NCBI RefSeq assembly: GCF_001194135.2
Contig: NC_068986.1
Coordinates: forward strand, 84,876,342 to 84,915,709
DNA: 39,368 bases
Source: Octopus bimaculoides
Lineage: Eukaryota
Reading direction: 5' to 3'
Position 1 is the first letter of the stretch. Every line of letters begins with the position of its first letter. Positions 35,446 to 39,368 of this stretch are shown here, in pieces. The notes under the pieces are model-generated. The model did no database searches and was not told where the DNA came from. It saw only the letters and a list, made by a program, of their open reading frames with translations. The translations under genes and the position numbers were made by a program.

Positions 35446-35524
35446 CAGTTCAGGTATTGATGCGAATCTGTGTGTTTATAGTATATATCAGTGTGATGGT
35501 GTGTATGAGCACTAAGTTTTAACA

Positions 35525-36017
35525 TTCTAGCTCACTGCCGCTGTTAACAGTACTGCTTGGAATAATGTGTGTAGCATGTGCTCGTCGCATTCACCTGGGC
35601 AGAGAAAGTTGTAATAGTGACACCTACTCAGAGGCCAACGCAACGTTGCAGAAAGTGTATGGATAGGAGTGTACGAGCCACACTCAAGTGTACAAGTGGT
35701 GCAGACGTTTCAAAGATGGTTGAAAAAATATCGATATTGACGAACTTTCTCGGAGACCGGCAACCAGTAGAACTGAGAAAAACATCACTGATGTGCGAGC
35801 AGCTGTGAGGGAAAATCGCTGGATCACTATCTGTGAGTTATCAGAGGATGTGCAGATTAGATACGATTCAGTTCAGTCCATTATCACTGAAGATTTTTGT
35901 ATGAGACGCATGTCTGCAAGTTTGTGCCAAAATTGCTTTCAGCTGACCAAAAAGCCCTCGGGTTTCAGTTGCACAAGATCTCCTTGATTGTATCGAGAAC
36001 GATGAAAACTTCTTGAA
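35525..36017 (+). mobile_element. Mariner 5' part (N-terminal HTH region of the transposase)
   Basis: LQKVYG..TQVYKWCRRFKDG..RRPATSRTEKNITDVRAAVRENRWITICELSEDVQI..IITEDFCMRR.SA.FVPKLLSADQK..DENFLK. Confidence 0.85.
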
Positions 36018-36240
36018 AACTTTGCGTAGGCCTCTGAGCATGTATTGTCAAGCTTTTGGCAAATTTTGATGTAGATATTCTGCTCAACTTTCTCTGTCAT
36101 AGTCAATGCGATGATCACATTCTACACACGTCCCTTCCATGCACTGCTGTAAACAGTGGAAGTGTGCTAGGACGCTAAATCTTTGTGCACATTCACGGCA
36201 GAGTTCAAAGTCAATTTGTGCCAAGAATCCACTTACCCAA
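36018..36240 (-). mobile_element. Inverted 5' end of the same mariner family
   Basis: Reverse complement reads MTEKVEQNIYIKICQKLDNTCSEAYAK and aligns to 35525-35646. Confidence 0.75.
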
Positions 36241-36589
36241 TGCGCCACGCGACTGAACTCGAAAGGCATGTCTTTTGGAAGCGAAGAAATATTATAGCGG
36301 TAAAGAATAAGAGAGTCACAAAATATTGATCCCACAGAAGTCTTCAGAGTAAACTACTTTCTTGAATAATGGAGTAGTGCTAGTTTCGTACGAAAAGTAT
36401 TGACGTAATTGACTGAAGATTTAGTCCTAATAACGGTGTTAGACGCGATATGTCTGCACTATATTTAGTTACCACAGCAGTAAATAAAGAAAACATAGCT
36501 GTTACTTGGAAACGAATATCATTTGATAAATTGCTCCATGGTTTCGTTAATTTCTTTTCCCTAACTATGTAGCCTCGAGTAGGCATAAA

Positions 36590-36785
36590 TACGCTCTGGG
36601 CTCTTCACTCTTGACCTAGTGGAACATCCAGCATAGGACAACTGGATGGAGAAAGGGATGCAGCATCAGTGCTCTTATCAGACGCTCAAGTAATGTGAAA
36701 TGAACATAACGCGCCGACAGTTCGAAGCCAGGACTTTATAATCAAGGGACCAACATCCTTACCATCTTTCTCAACACCCTAACCA
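36590..36785 (-). mobile_element. Old SINE-like fragment
   Basis: Reverse complement begins with a tRNA-like head (atggtaaggatgttgg..tggcttcgaact). Confidence 0.35.
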
Positions 36786-37004
36786 TCTTTCTCTATTCCC
36801 TCTTGTTATTTTCCCTTGGATAAATATTCTACGTAGATCTATTAAACTGGAAGCAAACTGGATTCCAACAATTTTCACAAACAAGCGTGGCTATCGCATT
36901 TACAGGTTACGTAATAATCCTCGTCCATTTTATTAAAAAGCTTCACAGTATGCCAGTCATGAGACAATGCACTTTCTCCCTTCTTCAATCTCATTCACTA
37001 TTTC

Positions 37005-37068
37005 TCTCTTTCTCTCCTTCTCTCTCACTCTCTCTCTCTCTCTCTCTCTCTCTATCACTCTCTCACTC

Positions 37069-37160
<92 letters not shown>
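37005..37160. repeat. (CT)n microsatellite
   Basis: Directly visible. Confidence 0.95.
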
Positions 37161-37162
<2 letters not shown>

Positions 37163-37373
37163 CTCTACTATATAGAGTTGGACACGTTTTACATATTAAA
37201 ATGACATGGTTAAATTAGAATCATAGCCTCACTCTCACTTACATGAGTGGATCCGAAATAGATATGGACACAAATCCTCATTATTTTCAGTTTTAATATG
37301 AAAATTTATATATTAGCTTTTATGACTGAAATATTAATATTTTCAATTTTTGTATCTCTTTTAAATTTTACAG

Positions 37374-37480
37374 GATTACTCCAACACACCGACGCACGAG
37401 TCTTTCCTGGTATCCGGTCACCATACATTTGCCCATCAATTGATATCAACGTAGGACAAAGATCATTGAACTGCTTTCGT
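37374..37480 (+). CDS. Mucin/NIDO-like gene, 107-bp exon preceding the NIDO core
   Basis: Acceptor ttttacAG (37372-37373) and donor CGT|GTATGT (37481). Phase 1 to phase 0; reads xLLQHTDARVFPGIRSPYICPSIDINVGQRSLNCFR, in frame with the next exon. Confidence 0.6.
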
Positions 37481-37759
37481 GTATGTACTAGTTTATGTTA
37501 TAAGAATTACATTCTACTACTACTACTACATTACTACAGTATATTCCTACAGTGCATTCCTACTTTAGTAGTCAAAGTTATATCTATAACTGGAGAATTT
37601 CAGATAAACCTTCAGATATAAAACTTTTTAGTGGTTTTCGCCTCTTCACTTACCATCTGCAAAATGGTGCTTTTTTGTGGTTCTGATATATTCGCTATAG
37701 TATTGGGGCAAATCCTCTTTTTTATACTGTAGTTATTGTATCTTAGATAGCGGTTGTGA

Positions 37760-37914
37760 AATATATATATATANNNNNNNNNNNNNNNNNNNNNNNNNNN
37801 NNNNNNNNNNNNNNNNNNNNNNNNNNNNNNNNNNNNNNNNNNNNNNNNNNNNNNNNNNNNNNNNNNNNNNNNNNNNNNNNNNNNNNNNNNNNNNNNNNNN
37901 NNNNNNNNNNNNNN

Positions 37915-37977
<63 letters not shown>

Positions 37978-37982
37978 CTCTA

Positions 37983-38034
<52 letters not shown>

Positions 38035-38071
38035 CATACATACATACATACATACATACATACATACATAC
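37760..38071. repeat. Compound (TA)/(TATC)/(TC)/(TACA) microsatellite around a gap (N 37774-37914)
   Basis: Directly visible. Confidence 0.9.
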
Positions 38072-38182
38072 TGACTAGTATCATTATCTATAACTGTTTA
38101 TTTATATTTTATTAAAAGCATAATACGTTATAAAAGAAAGGGTAATAAAAACAAACATAGCTATGGTGCTAAAAATTTAACT

Positions 38183-38305
38183 CTTATCCATTTGGTTCGG
38201 ATTCAGTCCCACTGCGCGGCAGATGTCTCTTACTATTGCTCCGGACTGAATATTGCCTTGAGTGAATTTGGTTGGAAGAAAGTACGCGGAAGCCTGTCGT
38301 ACGCA
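38183..38305 (+). mobile_element. Diverged SINE of the 29195 family
   Basis: ttcagtcccactgcg..tgtctcttactattgc..gccttgagtgaatttgg..gaagcctgtcgta. Confidence 0.6.
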
Positions 38306-38889
38306 CACACGCGTACACACACACATATTCAAACCCAAATATGTATTTTTATCAATCTGTTCGTTTTGTTTAAATGGTATCGGAGAAGAGATTTCCATAC
38401 CACGTATTAGTAATATTATAGGAATGCTTCTATTTAATAATCATATGAATTAACTGACTTCATCAGTTGCAAATGAAGTGAGGCAATTGCAAATGACCTG
38501 TAAATATACTTTTGGGTTGTATATTAAATTGTTTTTTAATTCTCATATTTATCGTCTTCATTTAAGGAACGACGTAATGCTAATATTAATATATTAGTCA
38601 TGAATGAACGAATTAACTATTTTTATATTATCGGTTGACAAAATTTTTCATTAAGGCCTAAGGTATTCTTTAGCTACTTTTTATTTTATTTTAATTATTT
38701 ATATTTTTTTTTTTGTATTGTGTGTGATTAAATGCTTTGAACTGTTAGCTTTAAAAATTCGTATATAATTATAATTAAAAACTGTTAATTGAAATTTCTG
38801 TTCTTAAAATATTTGATTACAATGCCAAAATAAGCACATTTTAAAGACCTAATTGTTTTCAATTGTGTTATGTAACTTTGTTTTGTCAG

Positions 38890-39195
38890 ATCTACACTGG
38901 TGGATATTTATCAGAGAATACTATGTTCAGCTACGAGCCGCATAGTTTATTTGACGCTACAAACTATATCATTGCTCCATATTGGGCAGACCTTTGGTAT
39001 GAATATCAGAACGTTAAGTACAGCATTTATGAGAAATACACAACAAGTGGAATAAATTACAACATGGTGAATAAACTGAGAAATATTGATGCAAAAATTA
39101 ATATGTATGCAAATATTAGAAATTTCCAATCTGTTTGGGCACTTTTGGTGACATGGGAAAATATACGTCATTCTTCCCTAATAGGAACATCAAGG
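38890..39195 (+). CDS. NIDO-domain exon of a mucin-like extracellular protein (306 bp, phase 0-0)
   Basis: Acceptor ttttgtcAG (38888-38889) and donor AGG|GTAAGT (39196). Peptide IYTGGYLS..IIAPYWADL..VKYSIY..FQSVWALLVTWENI carries the IAPFWAD and W.LVVTW hallmarks of NIDO domains. Confidence 0.8.
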
Positions 39196-39368
39196 GTAAG
39201 TTAATTACACATTATATTTAATCTCATGAATATAATTATTTTGAATTTACCAAATTAAAAAAAAATCATTTAGCAATGCCGATTCATTCCTACTGACGCA
39301 GTAAATTTTTAGTTTATTTTAAAATATTTTACTGCTCAGAACAGCTTCACTATTTCTTTTTGTAATAA

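Noticed and set aside
1-39368. CRISPR array, rRNA or prokaryotic operon-like system
   Set aside because: There are no repeat-spacer arrays or rRNA-like sequence, and the window is intron-containing eukaryotic DNA.

Overview
AT-rich, microsatellite-dense animal genomic DNA with nine N-gaps. The SINE and LINE families look like those of octopus or another coleoid cephalopod; this is an inference from recalled repeat motifs. Most ORFs in the supplied track are microsatellite or gap artefacts. The one supportable host gene is on the + strand at ~31.8-39.2 kb and is incomplete at both ends. It is a spliced mucin-like gene with a Ser/Thr-rich 26-aa (78-bp) tandem-repeat exon, a second Ser/Thr exon and two exons starting a NIDO-like domain. 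The rest is decayed mobile DNA: several R4/Dong-type LINEs (some sitting in one another's tails), three RTE-clade LINE families (one nested in an R4 copy and lacking its RT core), a Helitron fragment with an OTU protease domain, a TRT/DD37E-like Tc1 transposase and mariner fragments. There are also tRNA-derived SINEs and two Penelope-like elements, each with a degenerate hammerhead-ribozyme-like motif downstream. All alignments and translations were done by eye; no database searches were run.
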